This document shows positions 49,948 to 60,085 of a stretch of DNA of 64,000 bases, piece by piece. This stretch comes from a virus: the IMG/VR virus record IMGVR_UViG_3300045921_000291; one strand, written 5' to 3'. The position numbers and the translations under genes were made by a program. The number at the start of each line of letters is the position of its first letter. Within the stretch, counting starts at the first letter, position 1. Under the pieces are notes generated by a model. That model was not told the origin of the DNA and ran no database searches. It saw only the letters and a program-made list of their open reading frames with translations.

Positions 49948-50556
49948 TTAGTGTAAATTTTCCTTGATTTTAATTTTGAGATTTACCTTTCTTTCAATTT
50001 CAGACATACTCATGGTTTGTGGGTCAAATCGTTTAAGAGCTACTAACTCTTCAAAAAGTGAAAATGGACTGGTTTCGTTATTCCATTTTTCTGATTCAGA
50101 AGATGCCTTCTCTTCTTCCTCAAACAACTTAATAATATTTGAATCTGGGAGTGGCACTTCTCCACCTAGGGGTATACAGGGTTGTTCGAATTGAATAATA
50201 TCAAAACTTTCTTTCAAGTTCTTAGCATATATGTAATCTTCTATGATTTCTCTTAAAGATTTAATGTTTAATGCGTCTGAGTCTGAGTCTTTTTCATATT
50301 CTATTTCCCTTTCTACGTATTCTTGTGTGAATGTTCTGATAGCTTTCTCCACAGCATAAAATAGATGTAATTCTTTGAGAAGACATTTTATGTTAAGTCT
50401 CATTTTTTTATTCAATATTCTTCTTCTCAAAAGTTCATTAGAGTATTCATCACAAGAATAAGCTAGGTCTTTTGATGCAACATCATCTAAATGGCTCAAA
50501 AGATTCAAATAACCATAAAAAATTTCATAATCAGATTCGTTTTTGTAGTTTTTCAT
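49948..50556 (-). CDS. hypothetical protein
   Basis: 202-aa ORF. Confidence 0.7.
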   Translation of the reverse strand: MKNYKNESDYEIFYGYLNLLSHLDDVASKDLAYSCDEYSNELLRRRILNKKMRLNIKCLLKELHLFYAVEKAIRTFTQEYVEREIEYEKDSDSDALNIKSLREIIEDYIYAKNLKESFDIIQFEQPCIPLGGEVPLPDSNIIKLFEEEEKASSESEKWNNETSPFSLFEELVALKRFDPQTMSMSEIERKVNLKIKIKENLH

Positions 50557-50559
50557 ACA

Positions 50560-51468
50560 TTAAACAGTTTGCGGGTTACTTGTTTTTTTAGATTTTTTAG
50601 CTTTTTTCTCTGACATATTTGAGACTTCTTCTACTACAGCATCAGTCATACCCTCAAACATGTTTTCATCTGAATCTACATCCTTAATGTTATTGATGAA
50701 CTTGTAGTTACTCAAAGCACTGTACATCTCTTTTACATAGTCGGATACAGATACCAGTGAATTACCGTTAGATGGATTCATGATTCTGTCTTTTAATGCA
50801 ACGTAAACACGAGAAATGATAACAATACGCTCAAGAATATTGCATACAATATCAAACTTAGGACTGGATGTGCCCTTTACCCCATTCTGGTTAATCCAAG
50901 CATCAATAAGCTTGTATATATTAGATAATTGCTGTTCGGATACTTTGAATGATTGCATGTTGACAGGTGCAAGTTTCATTATACTCTTAACATTACTGTC
51001 ATTCACATCCAGTTCTTTAGGAAAGCCTTCATTTGCTACTTTAATTGCGGCTTGAGTTAGCCAGGTGTCTCTTATATGACGACCTATACCAATATTTTCA
51101 GAAGTATATTTTAATTCATCTCGGAGTGTCTTTCGGATGAAATCATATTCTGTTTCTGATAGCCAAAGGTTACAATCTATAGTGGCTAGAGATGGTCCAA
51201 GGACAGTGTCATTCTCTTCATCGTAATCTGACAGAAGTTTATTCAGACGATTGTCAAAATAATTATCTTTATCCAGCTCATTGAACTTATCGAAGCCTTG
51301 TCTTTGAACTACGGGGTCAGTATCTTTAATCATAGAGATAATTTCCATAGTTTGATTTTTTATACTTTCAACATTTTCAAGAAGTTGGTTCATTTCATTC
51401 TCATCAAACAAAGGGAACTCAAATTTTTCAAGATTTAGAGATTTCAAAAGTTTTTGGGACTGTGTCAT
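50560..51468 (-). CDS. hypothetical protein
   Basis: 302-aa ORF. Confidence 0.75.
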   Translation of the reverse strand: MTQSQKLLKSLNLEKFEFPLFDENEMNQLLENVESIKNQTMEIISMIKDTDPVVQRQGFDKFNELDKDNYFDNRLNKLLSDYDEENDTVLGPSLATIDCNLWLSETEYDFIRKTLRDELKYTSENIGIGRHIRDTWLTQAAIKVANEGFPKELDVNDSNVKSIMKLAPVNMQSFKVSEQQLSNIYKLIDAWINQNGVKGTSSPKFDIVCNILERIVIISRVYVALKDRIMNPSNGNSLVSVSDYVKEMYSALSNYKFINNIKDVDSDENMFEGMTDAVVEEVSNMSEKKAKKSKKTSNPQTV

Positions 51469-51546
51469 ATTTATAAATGGGTTTTTGATTAAGGTTTAAT
51501 GATTATATCTTGTTCATTCGTAAAGGTTATTGGTTTCGGAAAATAA

Positions 51547-52089
51547 TTACATCCAATTACCATCATCCACCGACTTACCAACAGACTCTCTCAAATAAGA
51601 TTCTTGTTGCTCAATTAGATGACGAACCCCATCTGGATTTTCTCTCAAATCATCTAAATGCTGTACAATCAAATCAGAAAGCTCATTAGCTTTTATTACC
51701 TCTTTGGCACTGTACTTCTTTACCAATGCTGTATTAGTAACCAAAGTAGGTTTACCTATTTTTATTTTTGATGTTTCTGGGTCAACAGACACTTTAGATA
51801 ATTCTTGTTCAATGAGTATTTCCGCATTGTCTTCCAGAAGTGTAATGAGTATATCATTTACTTCTATAATAAGATGATACCCAGTGACAAACATAAAAAT
51901 GTCGCTCGTCTTGGATACTTTAATAGGAAACTTCAACTTTGAATTGTTTAGAAGAACAACCTTTAGATTGTCCATCAAAGCGGAAGAATTCATAACCTTG
52001 GACAATCTGTCTTTTGTATCCTCACTCGCGAGTGAATACTTATCAGATGACAATCCATAGTTCTGATAGTCATAATCGATTTTTACCAT
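51547..52089 (-). CDS. hypothetical protein, weakly like phage metallopeptidase-fold proteins
   Basis: KVSKTSDIFMFVTGYHLIIEVND...ILIEQELSKV; HEL replaced by QEL, so probably not catalytic. Confidence 0.45.
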   Translation of the reverse strand: MVKIDYDYQNYGLSSDKYSLASEDTKDRLSKVMNSSALMDNLKVVLLNNSKLKFPIKVSKTSDIFMFVTGYHLIIEVNDILITLLEDNAEILIEQELSKVSVDPETSKIKIGKPTLVTNTALVKKYSAKEVIKANELSDLIVQHLDDLRENPDGVRHLIEQQESYLRESVGKSVDDGNWM

Positions 52090-52124
52090 TGATGATGTGG
52101 TTTATGTGAAAAAAATGAATAGGC

Positions 52125-52583
52125 TTAGAATATAATCAAAGCTGATATGCCAGCCATGAGTAATAGAAATGTGAAGATTATGCAATTGCGCGCCAGTCTG
52201 GCTATGTTCAAATACTTAAATTCTATAATCAATAGATAGTTATATGGGTCATATTGTTCAAATTTAGATATTGATATCATATCATATAGTTGTCTTTTTA
52301 TGATGAAATCGCTCATCATCCTATAATATAGCATCTTCTTGTAACCTGGTGCATCTTCTTTGAATCTGTCAAAGTCATCGGGTGTTACTTGTATAATTGT
52401 ATAATACCTATTCAGGTAATCACGCCTGAAATTAAATGGCTCTGCGAATAACTCACCCTCTAATGTACGCATGATGCGCGTATATTTGAAATACCACATA
52501 ATACGTTTCCATAGCGGCATTTTCTTAACAGTAAGTCCTCCGTTATTGTTGGATAAAGATGGTATATACTTCGATTTTCCCAT
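52125..52583 (-). CDS. C-terminally membrane-anchored protein
   Basis: 152 aa ending in a hydrophobic helix. Confidence 0.65.
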   Translation of the reverse strand: MGKSKYIPSLSNNNGGLTVKKMPLWKRIMWYFKYTRIMRTLEGELFAEPFNFRRDYLNRYYTIIQVTPDDFDRFKEDAPGYKKMLYYRMMSDFIIKRQLYDMISISKFEQYDPYNYLLIIEFKYLNIARLARNCIIFTFLLLMAGISALIIF

Positions 52584-52620
52584 GCCTATTATACCTTACT
52601 TATTCTGTATAGTTAAGTTG

Positions 52621-55404
52621 TTATTTGGAAACTGGGTCTGACTTCCTGAAATTATCCGCTATTCTAGCAATCTTTCTTATTTCATTTGCCATGCCTTCCA
52701 TTTTTTCGTTCATTTTACCTATCTCCTCTTTCATAACATCAGAAATGGCATTAGACAAATCTTCCAACTTAAAAGATTCCTCCTCTTTCTCTGCCACTGC
52801 TGGACCACCAGCTCCACCCGAACCACCCGCGACACCAGCACCAGATGGCATAAAAGAATTTACTGTACTACTAGCATTCGTTGTCTTAATGTTTACTTTA
52901 GATAAGACTTCACTAAGCGCATCTACATTTGACTCCATACTATCCTCATCCAAAACAGAAATAACAACCAATGCTTCTGCTAGTCTATTCAAAGGTTTTA
53001 TGAATGAGGTAGATATCAAAGACTCTTTCAAACGTTTTATGGCTTCCGATAATTTATCAATACCACTCGCGACTTTACTCAAACCTTCACCTACACCTCC
53101 ACCTCCACCTCCAAATCCAAATAAACCAGTTCGAGTATTACCAAGAAACTCATCAAATCCTCTTCTAAGTAATAAAAGTCTTTTATTTAATGCTTCAAAA
53201 TCTTCAACTGCTGATTTTTTAATTATTTCATCTCTAATAATAGGAATCGCATCAGCTAAGCCTCTAAGAGATTTCAATATACCTTCCATTATATTAGTAG
53301 CACCTTTAATATCACTTTCACCTGGTAAGTTGGATACAAACTCTTTTATAGCAGAACCTATCTCTCCTACTTTAGTTTTGAAATTTTTTAATTCATTTTC
53401 TGAAAACTTATTAACTGTTTCTATAGAAGGTAGAACTTTTTTAAGTACATCCATAGATTTCAATATGGAATCCATGATTACAGCGGTAGAACCCATTGCA
53501 CTTACACCGGGTAAGTTATCAGCAAAAGCATATAAACCTGCCGCTATTTTAGTCATGTTTGAGACATAATTATCACTTATTTTCTGTTTATCAACAAGAT
53601 TTGCAGTCTCAACACCTTTCTTAACACTATCAAATAATCCACCTCCACCCAGAAGGTCAGATAGACTCTTTAATATTTCCGCTCCAGCTAGTAGAAGACC
53701 GAATACCAACAAACCAATACCTACAAGTATAATACTTATCATAAATGTTGCAGCATTACCAATACTAGAGAACACTGGCGTTGCGAATGCTTCATTTACA
53801 GCGTTTGACATAAGTGTGATAACTCTTGCAAAACTTTCTGCTACGTTTACCATCTTTTTGGAAACTAAGTCTAATAAGTAAATAGCCACCACTATTGCAA
53901 CTACACCAAGTATAAATGCTATAACACCTTGTATCATCATAGCAGGTGGGAATAACATACCAAGACCACCTATTGCTGTAGCAAATGCAGCAACTGCACC
54001 CATAGCTAGAATGAATTCTAAAGGTATTACTGGGAAATTAGTAACACCACTTAAAATCTCGGATGAAATTCTAATTAAAAATACGACACCCAATAAAGCT
54101 AGACCACCTTTCAATACATCTGCGGGGGATACGCTCTTCAACATATTTATAGGTATTGCCATTGCTATACCAGCCAATCCCAAAACAATAGCAAGTCCAG
54201 CCAATGAAAGGCCAACATCCATATTAAACCAACTCAAATTTATAGCACCCCCTTCATCTACCCCTTTTTCGAGCAATTTAGAAGCTCCGTAGATAATAGC
54301 AAGCATTGCAATTATAGCCAATCCAGCGATAATTACAGTCTGTGCTTCTACACCTTTCATTATTTTTAAAGGTATAGCCATTGCAAGCATAATAACACCC
54401 AAAGCCAAACCAAGTCCAGTTACGGCGAGTAATTTTTCAAGGGTTATACCTTTGGTGTCTATTTCCATAATAGCGAGACTACCAGCAACTAGTATAACTC
54501 CTATAAAACCTACAATAGCAGCCACTTTAGCAAAGTCTTTCCATTGAAACTCCATAGCAACTTTCATCAATTTCGCGATGCCTATAGAAACTGCTGATAA
54601 AGCCAAAGCCACACCTATGGCACTCAATAATTGCATAGGAGACAATACCGCAACTAATTTCAAAGACCATGAAGCGACTGCGATTGCTAGTGCTATTGAA
54701 GGTGCTATTATTGGTAAAATAGGCATTACCAATAGTGCTGCTATGCCAGCTTTTTTGAAGTTCTTTATGAACATTCCTATACCTATCATAGCTAATCCCA
54801 AAGTTATAGCAACACCCACAGCACTTAGTAATTGTAATGGAGAAACCACTGCCGTCAATTTCATTATCCAAGATGCGAGCATCAATGAGGTCGCGGCAAT
54901 TGGAACTATTAACCCAAACATTAACATGTGTTTCCAACTAGGCAACTTAGCTTTACCTATCTTCTCAAATGCAATAGCTAATAAAGGAAGTGCGATAGCC
55001 ATAGCTATAACAGTACCAAAGTTAACACTTCCTATGAGCTTGAAAGCTAAACCGATGGCAAGAACTGCACCAGCAATCATTATGATATTCTGTATACCTG
55101 ATTTTATGTCTTCTTTCTTACCCGATAATATCCCACCAGATTTCTTATCCTTCTTCATATCCTTGATGTCGGACATCATTTTTTCCTGATTGGCTATTAT
55201 CTTCTTAGTATCTGATGCGATTGACTTTATTTCTAAAGCCATGCTCTTAATGTCTTCTGCTATACCAGATGAATCTGAAAACTTCTTCACTGCACCTTTG
55301 TCAGCGGACGCTTTAGACTGCTCTTTAAGAGCATTAACGACCTCCATCATCGCCTCCGCGACATTGGACATTGCACTTATAAATTTTTTATTAGTTTCAT
55401 TCAT
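52621..55404 (-). CDS. tape-measure-like protein
   Basis: 927 aa; A/G/L/I-rich periodic hydrophobic helical core with charged coiled-coil ends; GATATATA box upstream. Confidence 0.6.
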   Translation of the reverse strand: MNETNKKFISAMSNVAEAMMEVVNALKEQSKASADKGAVKKFSDSSGIAEDIKSMALEIKSIASDTKKIIANQEKMMSDIKDMKKDKKSGGILSGKKEDIKSGIQNIIMIAGAVLAIGLAFKLIGSVNFGTVIAMAIALPLLAIAFEKIGKAKLPSWKHMLMFGLIVPIAATSLMLASWIMKLTAVVSPLQLLSAVGVAITLGLAMIGIGMFIKNFKKAGIAALLVMPILPIIAPSIALAIAVASWSLKLVAVLSPMQLLSAIGVALALSAVSIGIAKLMKVAMEFQWKDFAKVAAIVGFIGVILVAGSLAIMEIDTKGITLEKLLAVTGLGLALGVIMLAMAIPLKIMKGVEAQTVIIAGLAIIAMLAIIYGASKLLEKGVDEGGAINLSWFNMDVGLSLAGLAIVLGLAGIAMAIPINMLKSVSPADVLKGGLALLGVVFLIRISSEILSGVTNFPVIPLEFILAMGAVAAFATAIGGLGMLFPPAMMIQGVIAFILGVVAIVVAIYLLDLVSKKMVNVAESFARVITLMSNAVNEAFATPVFSSIGNAATFMISIILVGIGLLVFGLLLAGAEILKSLSDLLGGGGLFDSVKKGVETANLVDKQKISDNYVSNMTKIAAGLYAFADNLPGVSAMGSTAVIMDSILKSMDVLKKVLPSIETVNKFSENELKNFKTKVGEIGSAIKEFVSNLPGESDIKGATNIMEGILKSLRGLADAIPIIRDEIIKKSAVEDFEALNKRLLLLRRGFDEFLGNTRTGLFGFGGGGGGVGEGLSKVASGIDKLSEAIKRLKESLISTSFIKPLNRLAEALVVISVLDEDSMESNVDALSEVLSKVNIKTTNASSTVNSFMPSGAGVAGGSGGAGGPAVAEKEEESFKLEDLSNAISDVMKEEIGKMNEKMEGMANEIRKIARIADNFRKSDPVSK

Positions 55405-55458
55405 CTGAATGATTTATATATCATTTATGCTTAATCTTATGGATTTTTTAGCAAGCTA

Positions 55459-55489
55459 TTGCATTTAACAGAAAAAAATGTTATGTTTG
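55459..55489 (+). promoter_or_regulatory. Bacteroidota sigma70-type promoter upstream of LRR array 2
   Basis: TTG (55459-55461), N20, TATGTTTG (55482-55489). Confidence 0.8.
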
Positions 55490-55609
55490 CTGAATGAAAC
55501 CTCTCATATCCGATATTGACGTGTCATCCGTCTTAATTGAAAACGATACCCTAATCAAAAAATAAAAGTCAAATATAAACCCATATAATTCAACTAAAAT
55601 CTAATAAAA

Positions 55610-56071
55610 ATGAAAAACCTTTTAAACCTTTTCATCAACTTTTTCAAGTCAGTGTCATATGATATGGGATTGTCGGATTTTTTAGAGCTTAAAACTAAAG
55701 ATAGTATACTCCTATTAGCGCGTAATTTGAAGATGGATAAAGAAAAAAAACTTGAATTATCTTTTGAAATTTTAATGTCGAATATAGATTTAGATAAATC
55801 TAATGGTGTGATACATGTAAGTCATACTTCGACAATTAGAGAAAGTGAATTGAACTTTAATTTATGGGACACTCATAAAATAGTTAGACTCAATAACAGT
55901 GTCGTAAGTAAAACCAAACATGAATTTGAAAGCAAATTGGTTGAACTATCTACCTATAATTTCCTACGTGATATCATAAAGGACTTTGTTCATTCAGATG
56001 AAAAAACTAGCAAGATTAAATTCAGAATGATTGAAAAATACATTGATAATAATATAAATCTAAAAGTGTAA
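55610..56071 (+). CDS. hypothetical protein
   Basis: 153-aa ORF leading array 2. Confidence 0.7.
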   Translation: MKNLLNLFINFFKSVSYDMGLSDFLELKTKDSILLLARNLKMDKEKKLELSFEILMSNIDLDKSNGVIHVSHTSTIRESELNFNLWDTHKIVRLNNSVVSKTKHEFESKLVELSTYNFLRDIIKDFVHSDEKTSKIKFRMIEKYIDNNINLKV

Positions 56072-56089
56072 TTTGATTTAATTTCAATT

Positions 56090-56725
56090 ATGATGAAATC
56101 AGAACAAAAGTCATTCCTCGACAAAGTAGTCAGAGGTGAATGGTCAATCAATCCAGATACTGGTTTAGTTGATGTAGATGGTAGTGTGTATATAAATGGA
56201 CGCAATTTGACAAAAATACCTGTCAATTTTGGTAAAGTGTCTGGGTGTTTTAATTGTGACCATAACAAATTAAAAAGTCTCAAAGGTGCACCTAAATCAG
56301 TTGGTGGTAGTTTTTATTGTTGTGATAACGAATTAACTAGTCTGGAAGGAGCACCGATAACGGTTAGTCGTAGTTTTTATTGTCATATTAACCAATTGAC
56401 CAGTCTGAAAGGTGCACCTAAATCGATTGGAAGTAATTTCGATTGTTCTAGTAATCAATTGAACAGCTTAAAAGGTGCACCTCAATCAATAGGTGGTGAT
56501 TTTATTTGCTCTAATAACCAATTGACTAGCTTAAAAGGTGCACCTCAATCAATAGGTGGTACTTTTGATATAAACTTAGGTGAAATTTATGAGGAGTATT
56601 ACCATGTCATTATACCTGAAATAGAAGAACTAATATCTAAAGGTATTAAAATATACAACCCTGAGGAATACTATTACCCATACAAAGAAGCATATTATAA
56701 TGATAAAATAATTGAATTGTTATGA
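56090..56725 (+). CDS. LRR protein, 4 modules
   Basis: Family caps and 21-aa modules. Confidence 0.9.
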   Translation: MMKSEQKSFLDKVVRGEWSINPDTGLVDVDGSVYINGRNLTKIPVNFGKVSGCFNCDHNKLKSLKGAPKSVGGSFYCCDNELTSLEGAPITVSRSFYCHINQLTSLKGAPKSIGSNFDCSSNQLNSLKGAPQSIGGDFICSNNQLTSLKGAPQSIGGTFDINLGEIYEEYYHVIIPEIEELISKGIKIYNPEEYYYPYKEAYYNDKIIELL

Positions 56726-57423
56726 TACTAACCAAAAAAGAAAGCTCGTTCCTTGACAAAGTAGTCAAAGGTAAATGGTCAATCAACCCAAATACTGATT
56801 TAGTTGATGTAGATGGTATCGTGGATATGTCACATATGAAGTTGATTGAAATACCAGTCAAATTTGGTAATGTGTCTGGTTATTTCTATTGCCCATTTAA
56901 CCAATTTACTAGCTTGAAAGGGGCACCCCAATCAGTGGGTGGTGATTTCTCTTGCAATGATAATGAATTAACCAGTTTAGCTGGAGCACCCCAATCAGTA
57001 GGTGGTTATTTCAATATTTCATATAACCAATTGACTAGTCTAGTAGGAGCGCCCCAATCAATTGGAGGTGGTTTCTATTGCTCATATAACCAATTGACTA
57101 GTCTAGTAGGAGCGCCCCAATCAGTGGGTGGTGGTTTTAATTGCTCTAATAACCAATTAACTAGTTTAGCTGGAGCGCCCCAATCAGTGAGTGGTGATTT
57201 TATTTGCTCTAATAAACAATTAACTAGTTTAGAAGGTGCACCTGAAGTAATAGGTGGCACTTTTGATATAAACTTAGGTGAAATTTATGAGGAGTATTAC
57301 CATGTCATTATACCTGAAATAGAAGAACTAATATCTAAAGGTATTAAAATATACAACCCTGGGGAATACTATTACCCATACAAAGAAGCATATTATAATG
57401 ATAAAATAATTGAATTGTTATGA
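56722..57423 (+). CDS. LRR protein, 5 modules
   Basis: Family caps; C-cap DNA nearly identical to the previous gene. Confidence 0.9.
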   Translation: MILTKKESSFLDKVVKGKWSINPNTDLVDVDGIVDMSHMKLIEIPVKFGNVSGYFYCPFNQFTSLKGAPQSVGGDFSCNDNELTSLAGAPQSVGGYFNISYNQLTSLVGAPQSIGGGFYCSYNQLTSLVGAPQSVGGGFNCSNNQLTSLAGAPQSVSGDFICSNKQLTSLEGAPEVIGGTFDINLGEIYEEYYHVIIPEIEELISKGIKIYNPGEYYYPYKEAYYNDKIIELL

Positions 57424-57932
57424 TACTAACCAAAGAAAAAAAGTCATTCCTAGATAGCGTAGTTAAAGGAAATTGGTCAGTAAACCCAGATACTGGTTTG
57501 GTTGACGTGGATGGTAGTGTATATATGGGTGGATGTAATTTGAAAAAAATACCAGTCAAATTTGGTAATGTGTCTGGGTGTTTTGATTGTGACTATAACG
57601 AATTAAAAAGTCTAAAAAGTTCACCTCAATCAGTTGGTAAACATTTCTTTTGTTCATATAACCAACTGATTAGTCTGGAAGGCGCACCTCAATCGGTTGG
57701 GGGTTATTTTAATTGTCGTCATAATAACTTAACTAGTTTAGTAGGAGCACCCCAATCAGTTGGGGATTATTTCTTTATAGAATTAAATTATATTGATAAA
57801 GCACACTATTATATCATCATACCTGAAATAGAAGAAATGATGGAAAGAGATGTCAAATTATACAGACCAAATGAGTATTATTACCCGTACAAAGAAGCTT
57901 ACTATAATGATAAACTAGTAGATTTATTATGA
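57420..57932 (+). CDS. LRR protein, 2 modules
   Basis: 170 aa = 128 + 2x21. Confidence 0.88.
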   Translation: MILTKEKKSFLDSVVKGNWSVNPDTGLVDVDGSVYMGGCNLKKIPVKFGNVSGCFDCDYNELKSLKSSPQSVGKHFFCSYNQLISLEGAPQSVGGYFNCRHNNLTSLVGAPQSVGDYFFIELNYIDKAHYYIIIPEIEEMMERDVKLYRPNEYYYPYKEAYYNDKLVDLL

Positions 57933-59008
57933 AAATAACTAAAAAACAAAAGGCTTTTCTCGACAAAGTAGTCAAAGGTAAATGGTCAATCAATCCAGAT
58001 ACTGGTTTTGTTGATGTGGATGGTTGTATTTACATGTCAAATATGGGTCTAAATGAAATACCCTTAAAATTTGGTGAATTAACGGGTGATTTCGATTGCA
58101 GTGATAACAAATTAATTAGTTTAGAGGGGGCACCTAAATTAGTTAACGGGTATTTCTATTGCTCCTATAATCAATAGACCAGTTTGCTAGGTGCACCTCA
58201 ATCTGTTGGGGGGGATTTCGTTTGCGCCGATAATCAATTGACCAGTTTGCTAGGTGCACCTCAATCCGTTGGGGGTGGTTTTTATTGTAATATTAACCAA
58301 TTAACTAGTTTAGAAGGTGCTCCAAAATTAGTTGGGACTGATTTTTATTGCTCATATAACCAATTGACTAGTTTAGAGGGAGCACCTAAATCAGTCGAGG
58401 GTGGTTTCAGTTGCTTAAATAATAAATTGACCACTTTGCTAGGTGCACCTCAATCGGTTGGAAAGGAGTTCTATTGCTCATATAACCAGTTGACTAATCT
58501 GGTAGGTTCACCTCAATCTGTAGGGGGTAATTTTTATTGTTATACTAACCAATTAACTAGTTTAGAGGGTGCTCCAAAATCCGTTGGGGGTCATTTCGAT
58601 TGCTCAGATAACCAGTTGACTACTCTGGTAGGAGTGCCCCAATCAGTTGGTGGACATTTTGATTGCAGAAATAATAACTTAACTAGCTTAAAAGGTGCAA
58701 TTCAAACTGTTTTTAGTTATTTCGATTGCTCATATAACAAATTGACTAATTTTCTAAATGGACCAAAATCGGTTGGCGATAATTTCATTTGTCACGATAA
58801 CCAATTGGTTAGTCTTGAAGGATTACCTGAATCAATTGGTGGTTTTTTTTATATAAAATTAGGTGAAATTGACAAAAAGTATTACCATGTCATCATACCC
58901 AAAATAGAAGAATTATCATATAAAGGTATTAAACTATACAACCAAGAAGAATACTATTACCCATACAAAGAAGCTCACTATAGAAATAAGTTGATTGAAT
59001 TGTTATGA
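57929..59008 (+). pseudogene. LRR gene, 11 modules, interrupted by one TAG (58175-58177)
   Basis: 57929..58177 and 58184..59008 are in frame; TAG replaces the conserved Leu TTG. Confidence 0.88.
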
Positions 59009-59643
59009 AAATTACATATAAAAAAAATGAATTCCTAGATAAAGTAGTCAAAGGAAATTGGTCAATCAATCCAGATACTGGTTTAGTAGATGTAGACGGA
59101 GATGTGAGTATCTCTTTTATGAATTTGACTGAAATACCATTCAAATTTGGCAAAGTTACTGGTAATTTCTTTTGCTCACTTAATAGATTAACTAGTTTAG
59201 AAGGCGCACCTCAATATGTCGGGAAATCTTTTACTTGCTATTACAATAAACTGACTAATTTAGAAGGCGCACCAAAATCAGTGAATTTTAATTTTGATTG
59301 CTATAATAACCAATTGACCAGTCTGGAAGGTGGACCTAAATTTGTTGGGGGGGATTTTAAGTGCATCGGCAATAATTTAATAAGTCTAAATGGCGCACCT
59401 CAATCAGTGGGAAATAATTTCTTTTGTTCACTTAATCCGTTTACTACATTAGAAGGTGCACCTCAATCAGTAGGTGGGGGTTTTTCAATAGATTTAGGCT
59501 ATATCGATAAAAAACATCACCACATCATCATCATTCAAATAGAAGAAATGATAGAAAGGGGTATAAAGATAGACGAACCATTTATTTTTTACTACCCGTA
59601 CAAAGAGGATTACTACAACGCTAAAATAATAGATATATTATGA
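59005..59643 (+). CDS. LRR protein, 4 modules
   Basis: 212 aa = 128 + 4x21. Confidence 0.9.
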   Translation: MKITYKKNEFLDKVVKGNWSINPDTGLVDVDGDVSISFMNLTEIPFKFGKVTGNFFCSLNRLTSLEGAPQYVGKSFTCYYNKLTNLEGAPKSVNFNFDCYNNQLTSLEGGPKFVGGDFKCIGNNLISLNGAPQSVGNNFFCSLNPFTTLEGAPQSVGGGFSIDLGYIDKKHHHIIIIQIEEMIERGIKIDEPFIFYYPYKEDYYNAKIIDIL

Positions 59644-59910
59644 AAATAAGAAAAGAACAAAAGTCATTCCTGAAAAAGTAGTAGAAGAAGGTACATGGTC
59701 AATAAATCCAGATACTGGTTTTATTGATGTAGAAGGTAGTGTGGATATGTCAGATATGAATCTGAATGAAATACTAGTCAACTTTGGTGAATTAACTGAT
59801 GATTTCTATTACGACAATAAAAATGACTAATTTAGAAGACACATCCCAATCAGTAGGTTGTTATTTCCATTTCAGTGATAAAAATGACTAATATAATAGG
59901 GGCCAATAAG
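59640..59910 (+). pseudogene. LRR-array pseudogene
   Basis: MKIRKEQKSFL then frameshift and TAG; recognisable N-cap and decayed repeats; no C-cap. Confidence 0.8.
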
Positions 59911-60085
59911 TTGATTTTGTTTTTATTTTATTGATAAAAAATAAGCAGTCTAACGAATGCACTTAAAATCAAATATTTTTTATTTTAATTTTTACAATCC
60001 ATATATAGCATTTGTCTAAATTTTTCATTTAATTTGCAATGCAAAAAGAATACCGAAATTCTAAAAAAAACATAATTAAATTTTT

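Noticed and set aside
52625-55189. Long plus-strand ORFs 52625..53569, 54011..54292 and 54578..55189
   Set aside because: Antisense shadows of the tape-measure-like gene with composition mirroring its codons. The same applies to 31415..31969, 32653..33405, 33960..34397, 35540..35983 and other short opposite-strand ORFs.
58175-58177. Genome-wide TAG recoding (code 15) or other stop reassignment
   Set aside because: Long conserved genes are uninterrupted in code 11, TAG ends several genes normally (25919, 37510, 48136, 49900), and this TAG replaces a Leu codon rather than Gln.
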